DNA from: a virus
Taxonomy: Duplodnaviria; Caudoviricetes
Reading direction: 5' to 3' (one strand)
Virus record (IMG/VR): IMGVR_UViG_3300020044_011668
Coordinates: 1 to 63,246 of that record
DNA length: 63,246 nucleotides
Shown here one piece after another: positions 37,801 through 46,658 of this stretch (positions are counted from its first letter, which is position 1; each line of letters starts with the position of its first letter). The position numbers and the translations under genes are program-made. The notes beneath the pieces were generated by a model. It had not been told where the DNA came from and made no database searches. It saw only the letters and a list, made by a program, of their open reading frames with translations.

Positions 37801-40800
37801 TCGGGGTATCGGATTCCTTGTAGCCCTTCGCCGCGAGCAAGCGACGAATGTCACGGGCTGGCGTGACCTCCTTCAGCGAAGCACGGTAGCCCCCAGTGAG
37901 CCGACGCGGATTGTCGGGGTCCATGAATCGGTCGATCCGCGCGAAGAGCGCCATGATCTCAAGCTGCTCCGCGTCGGTGAGAACTTGCATGCCTGCTTCG
38001 GCAGCGGGTTCTGCCTTGGCCACTTTGCGTGCAGCCTTTTTAGCGGCTGGTGCCGGTGCTGGTGCTGGTGCTGGTGCTGGTGCTGGTGCTGGTGCTTTGC
38101 GCGCAGCCTTCTTCGCTGTGGGTGTTGGTTCGGGGGTCGGAGTTGGTTCGGGGGTCGGAGTTGGTTCGGGGATCGGAGTTGGTTCGGGGATCGGAGTTGG
38201 TTCGGGGATCGGAGTTGGTTCGGGGGTCGGAGTTGGTTCCGGCTCGGGAGCTACTTCATCTGCTTGACGGCCAGTATCGCTCGGGCCTTGAGCTCGTCGG
38301 ATAGGCTGAGTCGTTTTCTGGCGGTCGCGGCCTCGGGCTGCGGCGCGTTGGTTGCGCCTCGCCGCGGAACTACGCTTTTCGGCGCGCCCTGCGCGGCGCT
38401 CGACTTGCTTGCGGATCTGGATGGTTCGATCATACTTGGTTCGGAGTGGGTTGAGAGTCTTGTTCAGCTGCTGGAACAGGAACTGGTTCTGGCGGAAGAT
38501 GCGCGGGCTCTTGAATGCCTCTGTGTCTTCCAGCAAGGCGTCCGCCATCTCCATTGCGAGATCAAGCGCGTCACCGGCTTCGGTGATCTGCTCCGGCGTG
38601 AATGACAAGGCGAGTGCTGAAAAGCCCTTTTGGTCGAGGCGTGTTGCATGCAGCGCGGTGAGCACGGGATCAGAGCCGATCTGTAGCACGATGCTGTCCA
38701 CGGCACCACGAACCTCGTCGTAGTCGGGAGAGTCACGGAACGTGAGCTGGATGTCGTCAGGCTCACCGAGGGCTTCGAGTTCCGGTTCGGTTTCCGGCGC
38801 GCTACCGAAGTTGAGCTCAAGCTGATCAGCGGGTTCCAGCGCGAAGCCCCCGGTAGGTGCTGGTGCGGGAGGCGGGGCGTTGAAGTCAAGCTCAAGCTGC
38901 TCACCGGACTCCAACCGGAAGTTGCCGATGGGGGCAGCCGGTGCCGGTGCGGGGTAGAGGCGCAGCACCTCACGCATCAGATCGGGATCGGTAATGGTGG
39001 TGTCCGTGGTGACAGCGGGGCTCTTAACCAGCGCAACACCACGCAAGGACACACCAACAACGCGTTGGTTCTCGTCGCGCTGCAACACGAGCAACGGCTT
39101 GCCCGCGGCGCGTGCTTTGTCTACTGCCTCTACAGTGGGCAGCACGAATTCCATTTTGTTGACACTGAAGACACGCGTCCCTGCGGGCAGGGAACCAACG
39201 GGCTTGGCGAGCGTCTTGATCTTTGGCTGCAACGACAGACCGGTTGCCTTCTGGTATTTCCGCCCGAGCACGTAGCGCGTGACGTTCGGTTTGCCCTTGA
39301 CCTTGGTAGGCTTGCTGAAGTTGATGACAACCTCGCCAGTGTCTGTGTCTACTTCCGCGATACCGTTGATGTCGGTTCCGTCGATGTAGACGCGTTCGCC
39401 GACGAGGTCCACGATGCGCGTATCGGCTGCGGGCACACCACGCGGGTCATCGAAGCCAAGCTCGTTGCCTTCTTCGATGGTGCGCACTGCAGTCGTAGGG
39501 GCAGCAGCCGTTTGCGCTGCAGCGGCGGCAGCGTCCTTTTTGGTGCTTGCGACGGCGGCGGCATTCGCCGCGTCCATCATGCGCTGCACGCTGGCTGCGG
39601 TTTGCGGCGCATTGCTGGTGCTCAAACGCTTGGCGATGCCGTCTAGGACAGACACGCGGGCCTCAAGAGCACGGGTCGTGGCGGACTTACTGACCGGCGC
39701 GAGCTGCTGGCCGAGGGCGAAGCCGCCACCGATGGCACCGCCGACAAGGGCGGCATTCCAAACCTGCTGCAGCTTCTCGGCGAGCGGGGTTTCCCGCTTC
39801 AGCGAGGCATCTTCAATGGCGATGTTGATGCTTTGATCCAACCCTTCTTCGAATGATTCGCCGAGCACACCCTTGCTGATACCCGCTGCGAGATTCTTGT
39901 AAGCCCCGCCGACCTCAGCGGCAAGAGCCTTCTGGAAGGCCGCATTGCTGACAGCCTTACCTTGATTGTTGACAACCTCAAAGACCTTCTTCGCTTCACG
40001 GAAGGTGAGATCCGAGATGGTTTTCTTGGACCCAAGCACCGCGAGGGATTCAGGACCCCCGAATCCGATACGGCCCATGCCTACTGTGATTGCGGCAGTA
40101 GCGAAGCCCGTGGCAACGGCACCGGCAAGAGCCTGCTTGTGCTTCGCTTCGTGCGACATCCCCTCCGGCAAACCACCGTAGATCGAAACGTAGCTGTTGC
40201 TCGCGCTGCGGGTAAACGCAGGCAGCGCAACGGGTAGGATCTTGGTTGCGAGATCACCCGACGCACGCTTGATCCAGCTGGCCCCAACGGCTCGGAGCGC
40301 GTCGGAAGTGCTGACGCCACCACCAGCAGCGGTGGCCTTGCGGAAGGCCGCAAATGAAACGTCGTCCAGCGACATGATGCCCTGCTTGGCAAAAGCGCGT
40401 GCCGTGTTCATGAGTGCCGGACGCCCAGCGGTGGCAATAGCAGCACGCGCAACACCCTTGGCGGCAACCGCACCTGCGCCAGCCGTTGCAAAACCCAGCG
40501 CGAGGTCCGTTGCTACCTGCGGGAGAGCCTCAAAAATCTGTTGGCCCAAGCCGTAGTCGTCACCGAACATGCGGGCGAGCTCCTTGCGTTTTTCCCTTTG
40601 CGCTGCGGTGCCCGCGGCGCTTTCAACGGCGAACTTGGAAATCGTTTCTGATCCGGTCGCGGAAGCCGCAAGACCAAGCGCGAAGTCCTTGGCACCGGAC
40701 CAAGCGGAGAGACCGGTTGAAGACAGACGATTGTTGAACGCGCTGTAGTTGTCCTCGTTGGCCATCCACTCCTCAAGGAAAGCCCTGTCGGTTTTGCCTT

Positions 40801-42139
40801 GTTGTTTAGCAGTGGCAAAGGCGCTGGCTGCGTCGTCGTCGAGTTCGGTCAGCAGCTTCAGCATCTGTGGCGCGCGCTCATCGAGGGAAGCCTCACGCTG
40901 CAAACGAGCGGTGGACTTCTGATCCTCGTTCAAGGCACTCTTGGCGAGGGACGCTTCAAAGAGCTGCGGCTTTGCCAGCAACGCGGGGGCCACAACAACG
41001 GCCCCCGTAGAAAGTTCCCGAATACCGGTTTCGGGTTTCTCGGCGTCGAACGCGAAGTTCGTGTTGGCCGTGAGGATGTCACGTGTGTAGCGGGCGATCT
41101 CCTCGGGACTGAACCGTTTGCGGAGAGCCTCGTTGTCGGAGAGTCGTTCAGCGATGAGTTGTTCGGCGGTGACATCGCCTTTGCGCAGCTGCTCGGACAG
41201 CACTTCGTCGTCGGTTGGACCGAAGTCGCCCGCGAAGTCTTGTCCGGTTGCTGCGCTATAGATATTACCAAGACCCTCCGAGATGAGTTCGAGAGGATTC
41301 AGGACAAGGGAAGCCAGCGCAAACATACCGCCTCGTTGCGCGAGGGTCTCCTGTTCCGCTGCGCTTTTTTTCGCCTCGACGTTCTGTGCAACGCCGAGGA
41401 TGTTCGCGACATTGAGGTCTGTCTTGGAAAGCACCTCAAGCGCATTGTTGAACTCCTGCAGGCGCTCTTCCTCGTTGGCGGTCGCCTTGCCTCCGTGAAC
41501 CCGCCGCATCTTGTTCTTGAGCCGAAGGAAGTCGGAGGTGTCCAACGCCCCGTTGGTGGCGAGGCTGCTGGCAACCAACGGAAGGTCTTCATCGGAGAAC
41601 GTGTTGCTTCCCGTGTAAACGTCGCGCCCGCCGTCTTTGTTGTCAATGCCTACGGCCTGTAGATCCCCGCGGTCGACGGCAGACTCCCGCGCTTTGCGCA
41701 CAAGATCGGAGTCCTGTAGGAGGGCACCCGCAGCATTTTCGAGTTCCGCGGCACCCTCGGGATTGAACTTCAGCGAGGACGCATATTTTCGCAACAGCGC
41801 GGCGTTCTCCTTTGTGGAAGGCTCGTCGGCGTCGGGGTCATCCATTGCGAGATAGCTCGACACGAGATCCGCGTCGAGCAGCCTGTTCTGTTTGGGGGCA
41901 AACAAACGGGTGTTGAGGTCCGCGAGTTCCTCCTCCGTGTTGTCGTCTCGAAGGGTTCCTGTGCTACGCAACTTTTCCTCAATACCGGATTGGATGTCGT
42001 TTTCAACCTGCTCGGTAAGGGCTCCCTGATTCAGATACTCCGTGCGGAGGTAATCCGTATAGTTTCGGAGTGCTTCGATTGGGTCTTTGTCAAGAGCATT
42101 CTTGTTGCTCCACTGCGAGTAGCTTTCAGGTTCCGTCAT
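31820..42139 (-). CDS. Giant polyvalent internal virion protein (3439 aa) with LPD23-like and zincin domains
   Basis: TGWFPGDYDGKMRWEIPDN, LHEVQHWIQKEEGFARGG, AGEIEARDVQSR, second DHELGH; Gly/Ala-rich ejection-protein-like N-terminal part. Confidence 0.8.
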   Translation of the reverse strand: MTEPESYSQWSNKNALDKDPIEALRNYTDYLRTEYLNQGALTEQVENDIQSGIEEKLRSTGTLRDDNTEEELADLNTRLFAPKQNRLLDADLVSSYLAMDDPDADEPSTKENAALLRKYASSLKFNPEGAAELENAAGALLQDSDLVRKARESAVDRGDLQAVGIDNKDGGRDVYTGSNTFSDEDLPLVASSLATNGALDTSDFLRLKNKMRRVHGGKATANEEERLQEFNNALEVLSKTDLNVANILGVAQNVEAKKSAAEQETLAQRGGMFALASLVLNPLELISEGLGNIYSAATGQDFAGDFGPTDDEVLSEQLRKGDVTAEQLIAERLSDNEALRKRFSPEEIARYTRDILTANTNFAFDAEKPETGIRELSTGAVVVAPALLAKPQLFEASLAKSALNEDQKSTARLQREASLDERAPQMLKLLTELDDDAASAFATAKQQGKTDRAFLEEWMANEDNYSAFNNRLSSTGLSAWSGAKDFALGLAASATGSETISKFAVESAAGTAAQREKRKELARMFGDDYGLGQQIFEALPQVATDLALGFATAGAGAVAAKGVARAAIATAGRPALMNTARAFAKQGIMSLDDVSFAAFRKATAAGGGVSTSDALRAVGASWIKRASGDLATKILPVALPAFTRSASNSYVSIYGGLPEGMSHEAKHKQALAGAVATGFATAAITVGMGRIGFGGPESLAVLGSKKTISDLTFREAKKVFEVVNNQGKAVSNAAFQKALAAEVGGAYKNLAAGISKGVLGESFEEGLDQSINIAIEDASLKRETPLAEKLQQVWNAALVGGAIGGGFALGQQLAPVSKSATTRALEARVSVLDGIAKRLSTSNAPQTAASVQRMMDAANAAAVASTKKDAAAAAAQTAAAPTTAVRTIEEGNELGFDDPRGVPAADTRIVDLVGERVYIDGTDINGIAEVDTDTGEVVINFSKPTKVKGKPNVTRYVLGRKYQKATGLSLQPKIKTLAKPVGSLPAGTRVFSVNKMEFVLPTVEAVDKARAAGKPLLVLQRDENQRVVGVSLRGVALVKSPAVTTDTTITDPDLMREVLRLYPAPAPAAPIGNFRLESGEQLELDFNAPPPAPAPTGGFALEPADQLELNFGSAPETEPELEALGEPDDIQLTFRDSPDYDEVRGAVDSIVLQIGSDPVLTALHATRLDQKGFSALALSFTPEQITEAGDALDLAMEMADALLEDTEAFKSPRIFRQNQFLFQQLNKTLNPLRTKYDRTIQIRKQVERRAGRAEKRSSAARRNQRAAARGRDRQKTTQPIRRAQGPSDTGRQADEVAPEPEPTPTPEPTPIPEPTPIPEPTPIPEPTPTPEPTPTPEPTPTAKKAARKAPAPAPAPAPAPAPAPAAKKAARKVAKAEPAAEAGMQVLTDAEQLEIMALFARIDRFMDPDNPRRLTGGYRASLKEVTPARDIRRLLAAKGYKESDTPTAWVDSESTDKGSPLDIEKLNALREWAFSGGKPAPETAPAVAPEGTTYSVEELEDWLNEEGNAESLVGVTLQGRRGEPVKIEKVTIDEDGEPRFELDDFESTVVPLTVEQLVREIDPESFTPYLESATVEPVAEPAAVEPAGKPTLVSKNKNETTYRYGRWLITITKKSESTFAGGLRKTTNWTVWNAIDMVTNDPNDMREGTGGIIVAQKELDKVVSPEPAAAAAEPEPVAEPAPAPKPKSSSSFYGKSYGEWSDESARQKAKLSEVQKVAMQGIQHLNSRTGDRSLSTSKRYKASDMGLGELSYDTNRSEGNLLALRKAQELGLIRDLSTNAKTFYLTGRQFLGMPTGPLPFDVFPEAFTTDQQAGTLSMLAPKGDNILYMLAGQSANMPQFMRDSLETAKAMAAAGKTREEIRAATGWFPGDYDGKMRWEIPDNQATVVPTEEFNQRATAAYGGPVFTNLSLKSALDRIRAGTVLRLGDVLKHDALFSAYPALADLPFFPIGGNISSGSFRVLDGEPMMTATVTLSDGRVSDETLSTILHEVQHWIQKEEGFARGGSTNNLITQSDLADANKFREARIALLRYEKSLQSYVDSLAEEQAKKRGFLGRGGPDAKRVASLESSISEVQKSVNEIWVAQKIALNIDKGSTRASLLSAINAVDVELGSSWVVSNRNKGLDMLYRLLAGEIEARDVQSRRTMTAEQRAATKPYSSENIAPDQAIVMFGTGDQSSILAPKGDNVLRQNIADIPAALQGMLPAGFTLQADPNMDGALGYNAVTDPTVVRYNPNLVGSFTIGLARADALATLRTAVDHELGHAAADSVYTPADYQALADELGTEKLAEIVDRYYSGNEPDFEKRAAKIAADRARGAMPDWKIAAEWVRMEIERIANGRTSEQRMLFLRSRPSLLAKFIDALGAFVTRLRARFFEQPTTGTAASISNAARQLRKMRNGGYLPAAPKADPNLLGDAAEFERALTGASDSTLFSLPIGAATKAGQAEIDGFWRRLGKRFENLPSYLKVEKEARDGIMAVATNQIEYFQKRAVRLLAKSPNVSLDDVRDVLGRTTPALDNAARARVRAELDVFINKLPADMDEVLAEEMIQNELYRLRRVERIASNTAFAQQQADAQQRIRNSGSDELADLLVKFRKDIDNMSERFKHLNASIDDNLGVYLTRTFDFFTTEGWALMASNKGVMPDGTQLAMFRGKEVDFAKLRDNAAKAYEADVVADAQRRGEVATAEEIQERTHKKLDQYLAALQSSTEQYAGTNTDSIKKDIKRFLPKRDLDNAVLELLGVIEDPLENAMRTMANVAKIAANDRFLSGARSTLLSMGLASNKPDAKNSTPAFGKRYADAALDPLEGLYTTPEIARALQAEFGEGARRIDSTTDTLMQDVGTWVRHGAAFATTMKTLPSVGFHARNMVSGQFLLTTAQGVAPANKHTLKAFKLSFLANFESWKRTSEEAAEIERLIELQMLKDDTSARALKDMTRGFEFSSEQELDSLFLAYQEAASGNPGPLKAIFKKVGVRYDKTIDILASLNNVTDGAVKVQAYYTNLEVLKADKKQQLAQEAADPEQRLLRTLELKAADKTKLCTPTHSRRFDWVKSMNKTSAGLILFPFAGWKTEVFRTMYNIPRLAYKEITQGEGPAERAMGVKRIVGWTSVMFGAGKAMGFLYQTIFSVIAGLGDEEDRFSGRELTPEELFALRESMPEWQKGHDVFTRLTESGVMVIDMTAITPYAQLTDMGNIILEGIQTGEGPSGRKVASYVVNQLIGMQIAAKTASEIWPQNENDFGQPIYRENDNAAEVFGKSMLHYAEGAMEPAISAFVRKATRTGEQDAKEMIVGEFTGARPRIQKLSEIEYRAFRGVKKMLDDSAQIKSSLVTGRKLDDNEVEQTLLEHQEALNRTQRKLAKTVEGLKGLGSTRGSIFSSAKNAGFSAQRVELAEQGRNYRWTPNQAWLKGVYQNMTRTGEDDPMNRINTIRRALSGQPAVFNVVE
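38048..38241. repeat. Coding tandem repeats (PA)n and seven PEPTP[TI] units
   Basis: 6-bp and 18-bp units. Confidence 0.9.
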
Positions 42140-42168
42140 AGCGGTCGGGGTCGGGGGTATTCGGGGGA

Positions 42169-43152
42169 TCAGGAATTGATGAGTGACTTAGCTTGGGGGG
42201 TCTTCGATGCAGCTCCGGTTGCAGCTTTCATGTATTCTTGCTGAAGCCTCTTGGCAATGTCAAACTTTGCTTTTGCGTTGCCTGCCGTGGCGGCGGCGAC
42301 ATCGGCTGGGCTGCCGAGCAAGGAGATCACGTTCTCGACGGCAACCTCGGAACCTGCGCTGGCGAACTTGCTCGGATCTTCCACTTCAGCGGAGCCGGAG
42401 ATATCCGACGGGATGGTGCCGAACTTGACCCGCGTCAGTGCGCCGACCGATTCGTCAAGCAACTTCTGCCTGCGCTCCTGCAAGGCTTCGCTCTGCTTGG
42501 TAAGCACGGAGGCCCGCTGCATGCCGGTGAGGGCACCGGAGATCTGCATCGGGTTGCGTTCCGCTTCGCTGACCACGCCGTCCTTGTTGGTGTCAAGCTG
42601 CTCGAATGGCACGCCCATGCGCAGCAAGTCCTCGTCGGTGTAGGTCGTGAGTGGTTTGTTGACAGAACCCATAGCCGCTTGCAGTGCGGTCTTGGCGGCG
42701 TCGTTCGTGCTGAGCAGCGCGGCGTTGTTCAGAGCCCAGCGCGATAACGACTGCTGCTGCTTGATTGGATCAGGTTCGCTTTCCAAGATGCTCGTCAGAG
42801 CACCCGTGACGACGGGCAGCTCCTGCATCATGCTTCGTTCTCGGGCTGCCTTGTCACGGGCTTGTTCCAGAGCAAACAAACTCGATTTGTAGCTGAGGTC
42901 CCGCGCTTTGGATTGCATGTCCATCTCGCGCAGCTTTGCCTGTTGCTCGTAGGCACCGGCGAACTGCTGTGCGATGCCCCTGCTGATGCGCTCGCGGTCA
43001 CGGGGATCAATGCTCCGGTTACCGTATACGTTCTTGAAATACTGCTGCTGCAACGGGGCGATGTCGCGCTCGTAGGACAAGCCTTCGTCAACGGCGAAAG
43101 GTTCCTCTGTGAGCGCGGGCTGGGGGCGGAAAACTTGTTGGATTGCGGCCAT
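42169..43152 (-). CDS. Putative internal virion protein
   Basis: 327 aa, helical, upstream of the giant protein. Confidence 0.5.
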   Translation of the reverse strand: MAAIQQVFRPQPALTEEPFAVDEGLSYERDIAPLQQQYFKNVYGNRSIDPRDRERISRGIAQQFAGAYEQQAKLREMDMQSKARDLSYKSSLFALEQARDKAARERSMMQELPVVTGALTSILESEPDPIKQQQSLSRWALNNAALLSTNDAAKTALQAAMGSVNKPLTTYTDEDLLRMGVPFEQLDTNKDGVVSEAERNPMQISGALTGMQRASVLTKQSEALQERRQKLLDESVGALTRVKFGTIPSDISGSAEVEDPSKFASAGSEVAVENVISLLGSPADVAAATAGNAKAKFDIAKRLQQEYMKAATGAASKTPQAKSLINS

Positions 43153-43164
43153 GATGGGATTGGG

Positions 43165-44148
43165 TTATTCGCGCGATCCTGTGGCCGGAAGGGGGTTCTG
43201 GCCCCCTAGCGTTGTTTGGAGGAGAGTCGGGGGTCGTTTGATTGGGGGTCGCGTGAAAGATGCGCGAGAGTTTGATATCACGCCTTGAGCCCGATTGCGG
43301 AGACGTGCCGTGGCCGCGGCCTTCTCCGGTGCGCGGTCTTGCTCAAGCAAACCCTGCAGCACTTCTTCGCGAGGCAACGGAGCCTTGCCTGCGGCCATGC
43401 GCTGCTTGTTGAGTTCGTCAACAGCGGCACCACGGAACAGGTCGCCACCTTCGGGGGTGGTGAGTCGGCGGACCCCTTTGAGGAACTCAGCCGTGTCACC
43501 GGAAGCACCGGTAAAATCGGCGAACTGTTCGTCAAACGAGGGCTTCCGTAAATCACTCAGCACCTCGCTGGCGGGTTTGCCCCCAATCATCCCAACACGC
43601 GGAGGTTCCGGCGCGGGTGCGGGTAGCGCAGGCCCCAGCAGGGGACCCGACGGAGGGTTTGCTACGGTGTTCGTAGTAGTTGCCGCTACGCCTGCCGTGG
43701 TGGTGGCCGCAGGCAAAGCAACACCAAGTCCGCCGCCGACGGTTCGGTTAAAAGCTTCCGGGGTGACTCCAAGCTGCGTGGCCCGCGAGCGGAATCCTGC
43801 AAGTTGTTTCTCGCCTTCGGCCCCTGCGATGCCACCACCGGCAGCAGCGCGAATGTCCTCGTAGAGACCGCGACGGGAATCCTGCGGGCGCATGCCGCTC
43901 GCAAGGGCGGCACCCTGTTTGCCCGCCTGCATCCGCAAACGCTGCTCTTCGATCGCCGTGTCAGCGGACAGGAATCCGGGGCGTTCGTTGGCGAGCTTCT
44001 GCTGCGCTGCGGCTGCGGCAACCCGTTGGGCCGCGCCGCTGAAGCCCTTGCGTTCAAGCTTACGGGCTTCGCGATACATGCGACCGCTCTCGGTGCCAAG
44101 AGCGCGTTGGGGGGTTCGCAAAGAGGAGCGTGTGAGTCCTTCGGCCAT
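43165..44148 (-). CDS. Putative internal virion protein
   Basis: 327 aa, Ala/Gly/Arg-rich. Confidence 0.5.
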   Translation of the reverse strand: MAEGLTRSSLRTPQRALGTESGRMYREARKLERKGFSGAAQRVAAAAAQQKLANERPGFLSADTAIEEQRLRMQAGKQGAALASGMRPQDSRRGLYEDIRAAAGGGIAGAEGEKQLAGFRSRATQLGVTPEAFNRTVGGGLGVALPAATTTAGVAATTTNTVANPPSGPLLGPALPAPAPEPPRVGMIGGKPASEVLSDLRKPSFDEQFADFTGASGDTAEFLKGVRRLTTPEGGDLFRGAAVDELNKQRMAAGKAPLPREEVLQGLLEQDRAPEKAAATARLRNRAQGVISNSRASFTRPPIKRPPTLLQTTLGGQNPLPATGSRE

Positions 44149-44154
44149 TTTGGT

Positions 44155-44448
44155 TTACCAGTTGTGGTTGCAAGCCCAATAGCGGGCGGTCGTCTTGTCC
44201 TTCGCGGTGTCACAATTATGGCGCGATTTGAAATTTGCGCGCCGTTTCGTGTCACGATGTTGCAGGAAGTCTTCATAGCCGCGCTGGCCAAACTTCACTT
44301 TGCTGACCTTCTCCCCCTGCTTGCCGAGCACGATGTATTTCTTCGGGTCTCCTTTGGGGGCGCGCTTCGGTTTGTTGAATCCGGGGAACAGCTCGCCGCG
44401 GTAGCGGATCGCACCGTCGGGGGTTCGTTGGAAAGCAGCGGCAGGCAC
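44155..44448 (-). CDS. Small basic protein (DUF5754-like)
   Basis: KFGQRGYEDF..HRD..RRANFKSRH...YWAC; GTG start supported by TTGCAC-17-TAGTCT-7 nt. Confidence 0.6.
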   Translation of the reverse strand: MPAAAFQRTPDGAIRYRGELFPGFNKPKRAPKGDPKKYIVLGKQGEKVSKVKFGQRGYEDFLQHRDTKRRANFKSRHNCDTAKDKTTARYWACNHNW

Positions 44449-44513
44449 GGGCGAAAGACTACCCCGCGCGCGGATCTGGTGCAAGGCTTTTCGGCAGGGT
44501 TGGCCTCGCCCGC

Positions 44514-44705
44514 GTATATAGCGCGCGTAGGCGCACGTCCGCGCTCTTCTTTATAACTCTCTCTAAAACACTGTATCCAGTTACACTCAGTAATTGAGTT
44601 CCGCATATTCTCTTATTTTCGAAAGGCACTTACAAAAAAGAATGCACTTACATACTTTCCAGAAACTTTTCACATTTTCTCGGCGAGCACATTTGGTCAT
44701 CCGAG
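44514..44705. repeat. 192-bp AT-rich element, copy B
   Basis: Direct repeat of 19513-19704, offset 25001. Confidence 0.95.
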
Positions 44706-44749
44706 AAAAAGGCCCGCGCGGGAAAAACCTCCGCGAGAGCCTCTTTTTC
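44705..44749 (-). terminator. Possible terminator after terL
   Basis: Imperfect GC stem flanked by A and T tracts. Confidence 0.45.
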
Positions 44750-44769
44750 AAACGGATGTTTTACGTTTT

Positions 44770-46590
44770 TCAGTCGTAAACCAGACTGGCTTGCGAGCTT
44801 CGGGAGACCACGTCGAGATCGCGAAGCGACTGAAATTTGCGAGCAGGCCAGAGTCCGCCACTGGCCTCGCGCGGTGGGTCTACTGCGACGAGTCCGTGCC
44901 GTTGCCTTGCGAGGTCCAAGCAGATGAACGAGGCGTCCGCCAAGTCGGGGGAGGCCCCCGCGCGCGATTTCAGTTCGCTCTTCGGTTCAACGCGCACGCG
45001 CAGGGTGCCACCCTTGACCAGCTCGTAGCGGCGGTTGGACATCTCCTTGGCGAGTTCGTGCGTCACGCCGAAGATCTGCTTGGTGCGCATGAACTCCTTG
45101 CCTACGAACCACAGCTCGCTGACCCGATTGCAGTAGAGCTCCTCGCCGGTCAGCTGGCTGTTCATGCTCACGCGACGGTCGGAAGCCTTGCCGCCGAAAG
45201 GAACGCGCAGGAAGTCGTTGCTCCATTCGCCGGACAACACGTCGCAGAACGGCGATCCCGCGCCGGTGGAGTCAACGGCCAAGTTTTCCGGTTTCACCCC
45301 ACGCTTCTCGCATTCTTCCTTGACACGCTGAACGATCTGGTAGGTGCGCGGGATCGCTTTGTTGGTAGAGTCGTCGTTGATCTGCACGAACTCCTCGAAC
45401 TGCAGGCAATACTGGCCCGTGGTGTCGAAGCCTACTCGGGCGAACACCAGCATGGTTCTGTCGCCTCCGTTGGTGAACGCGGGGTCGAGCCCTGCGATGA
45501 GCACGCTGCCCGCCTTGAACTCCCTCTTGCCGATGGAGCCGCTCTGCACGAGTTCGGATTCCCCGTAGATGCCCTCGGATTCATCGCTGTCGAAGAAGAC
45601 GGCCCGAACCATTCGCATGTAGGATCTTGACTTTTCCCCGAGCAGAGCCTTGTCCTCGTCGATCTTCTCCTGCGTCGGCAGGAACGGATACAGGGTTTGT
45701 TCAGCAAGCACGTTGGGCGATCTCTCACCGTCGAGCCTGATATACTTTCCGCCCCACTTCGTGATCCACGTGTCGGCGGTGTCCACATTAACTGACTCCC
45801 ACCCGTTCTTTGGGGTGGACCAGATACCGAAAGCGTCGAACCGAGATGCGGGGTTGCTCAGTGCCTTTAACTCGAACACGGGGTTCTTGCTAAGGTTGCT
45901 CAGTCCCGCTTGGCAGATCGCCTCGCTGAGTTCCCCAAGCTCGTCGGCAATCAGAATGACGTGCTTCTGCTTTAGGCCGATGAACTTGCCGATTGCCTCT
46001 TTCGTTCTACTGCGTTCAGCAGCAATGAGCGACAGACCGGCGCGGTCGAAGGTTTGCCCGTTCGCATCGACGTAATTCGCCGAACCCGTGGAGTCCCGCA
46101 CGTTGACCGGTGCCCCTTCGATCACCGAAAGCAAGCTGATCACCGAGCCCCAGATTCGTTTGCGGGCCTCCCGCAGAGTTGTGCTTGTCATCAGCACAAG
46201 CGTATCACGTGGCTTGCTCAGCCAACTGATGATGCCGTAGCCCGCAAGCGTATGTGATTTTCCGCTCGACGCGCTTCCGCCAACCGAGAGATACTTGTTG
46301 TTGATGCACTCGTGAATGATCTTCTCAGCCCAAGGATGTTTGATGAACATCTTTTCGGGAAGGTCGTCATGGTTCCAGAGCAGGTCAGCCACGCGCCAGA
46401 AATAGTATTCCCTTGCCACGGCAGAGGGGTGATTCCCGAAGCCCCACAGCAAAGCCGTGAGCGTGCTGGTCGGCGGTATGTTGAGCCCGCCGACGTCCAT
46501 TTGCTTGGTGTGCGGGTCGATACGGGGCTCAAGTGTCTGCCTTGTCGGCGCGGGGGGTTTTGGTTTTTTTGGTCTTCCCATGGTGTTCAA
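44770..46590 (-). CDS. terL: Terminase large subunit
   Basis: Walker A GSASSGKS, Walker B LIADE, LSNP; nuclease motifs GLDPA, VDSTG, SPDLADA. Confidence 0.9.
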   Translation of the reverse strand: MNTMGRPKKPKPPAPTRQTLEPRIDPHTKQMDVGGLNIPPTSTLTALLWGFGNHPSAVAREYYFWRVADLLWNHDDLPEKMFIKHPWAEKIIHECINNKYLSVGGSASSGKSHTLAGYGIISWLSKPRDTLVLMTSTTLREARKRIWGSVISLLSVIEGAPVNVRDSTGSANYVDANGQTFDRAGLSLIAAERSRTKEAIGKFIGLKQKHVILIADELGELSEAICQAGLSNLSKNPVFELKALSNPASRFDAFGIWSTPKNGWESVNVDTADTWITKWGGKYIRLDGERSPNVLAEQTLYPFLPTQEKIDEDKALLGEKSRSYMRMVRAVFFDSDESEGIYGESELVQSGSIGKREFKAGSVLIAGLDPAFTNGGDRTMLVFARVGFDTTGQYCLQFEEFVQINDDSTNKAIPRTYQIVQRVKEECEKRGVKPENLAVDSTGAGSPFCDVLSGEWSNDFLRVPFGGKASDRRVSMNSQLTGEELYCNRVSELWFVGKEFMRTKQIFGVTHELAKEMSNRRYELVKGGTLRVRVEPKSELKSRAGASPDLADASFICLDLARQRHGLVAVDPPREASGGLWPARKFQSLRDLDVVSRSSQASLVYD

Positions 46591-46623
46591 ACGAAATGTG
46601 TGGGCACTTGAACAGTTTTTTTG

Positions 46624-46658
46624 TTGACAAGCAAGCCGTAAAAACCACTCTCACGCGC
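46624..46658 (+). promoter_or_regulatory. sigma70-like promoter, leaderless
   Basis: TTGACA-16-CACTCT-7 nt-ATG(46659). Confidence 0.6.

Noticed and set aside
31820-42139. Giant ORF as an N4-like or crAss-like virion RNA polymerase (similar size)
   Set aside because: I found no single-subunit RNAP motifs and no DxDGD/DFDID motif; LPD23 and zincin motifs fit a polyvalent protein. A structure search would be needed to exclude it fully
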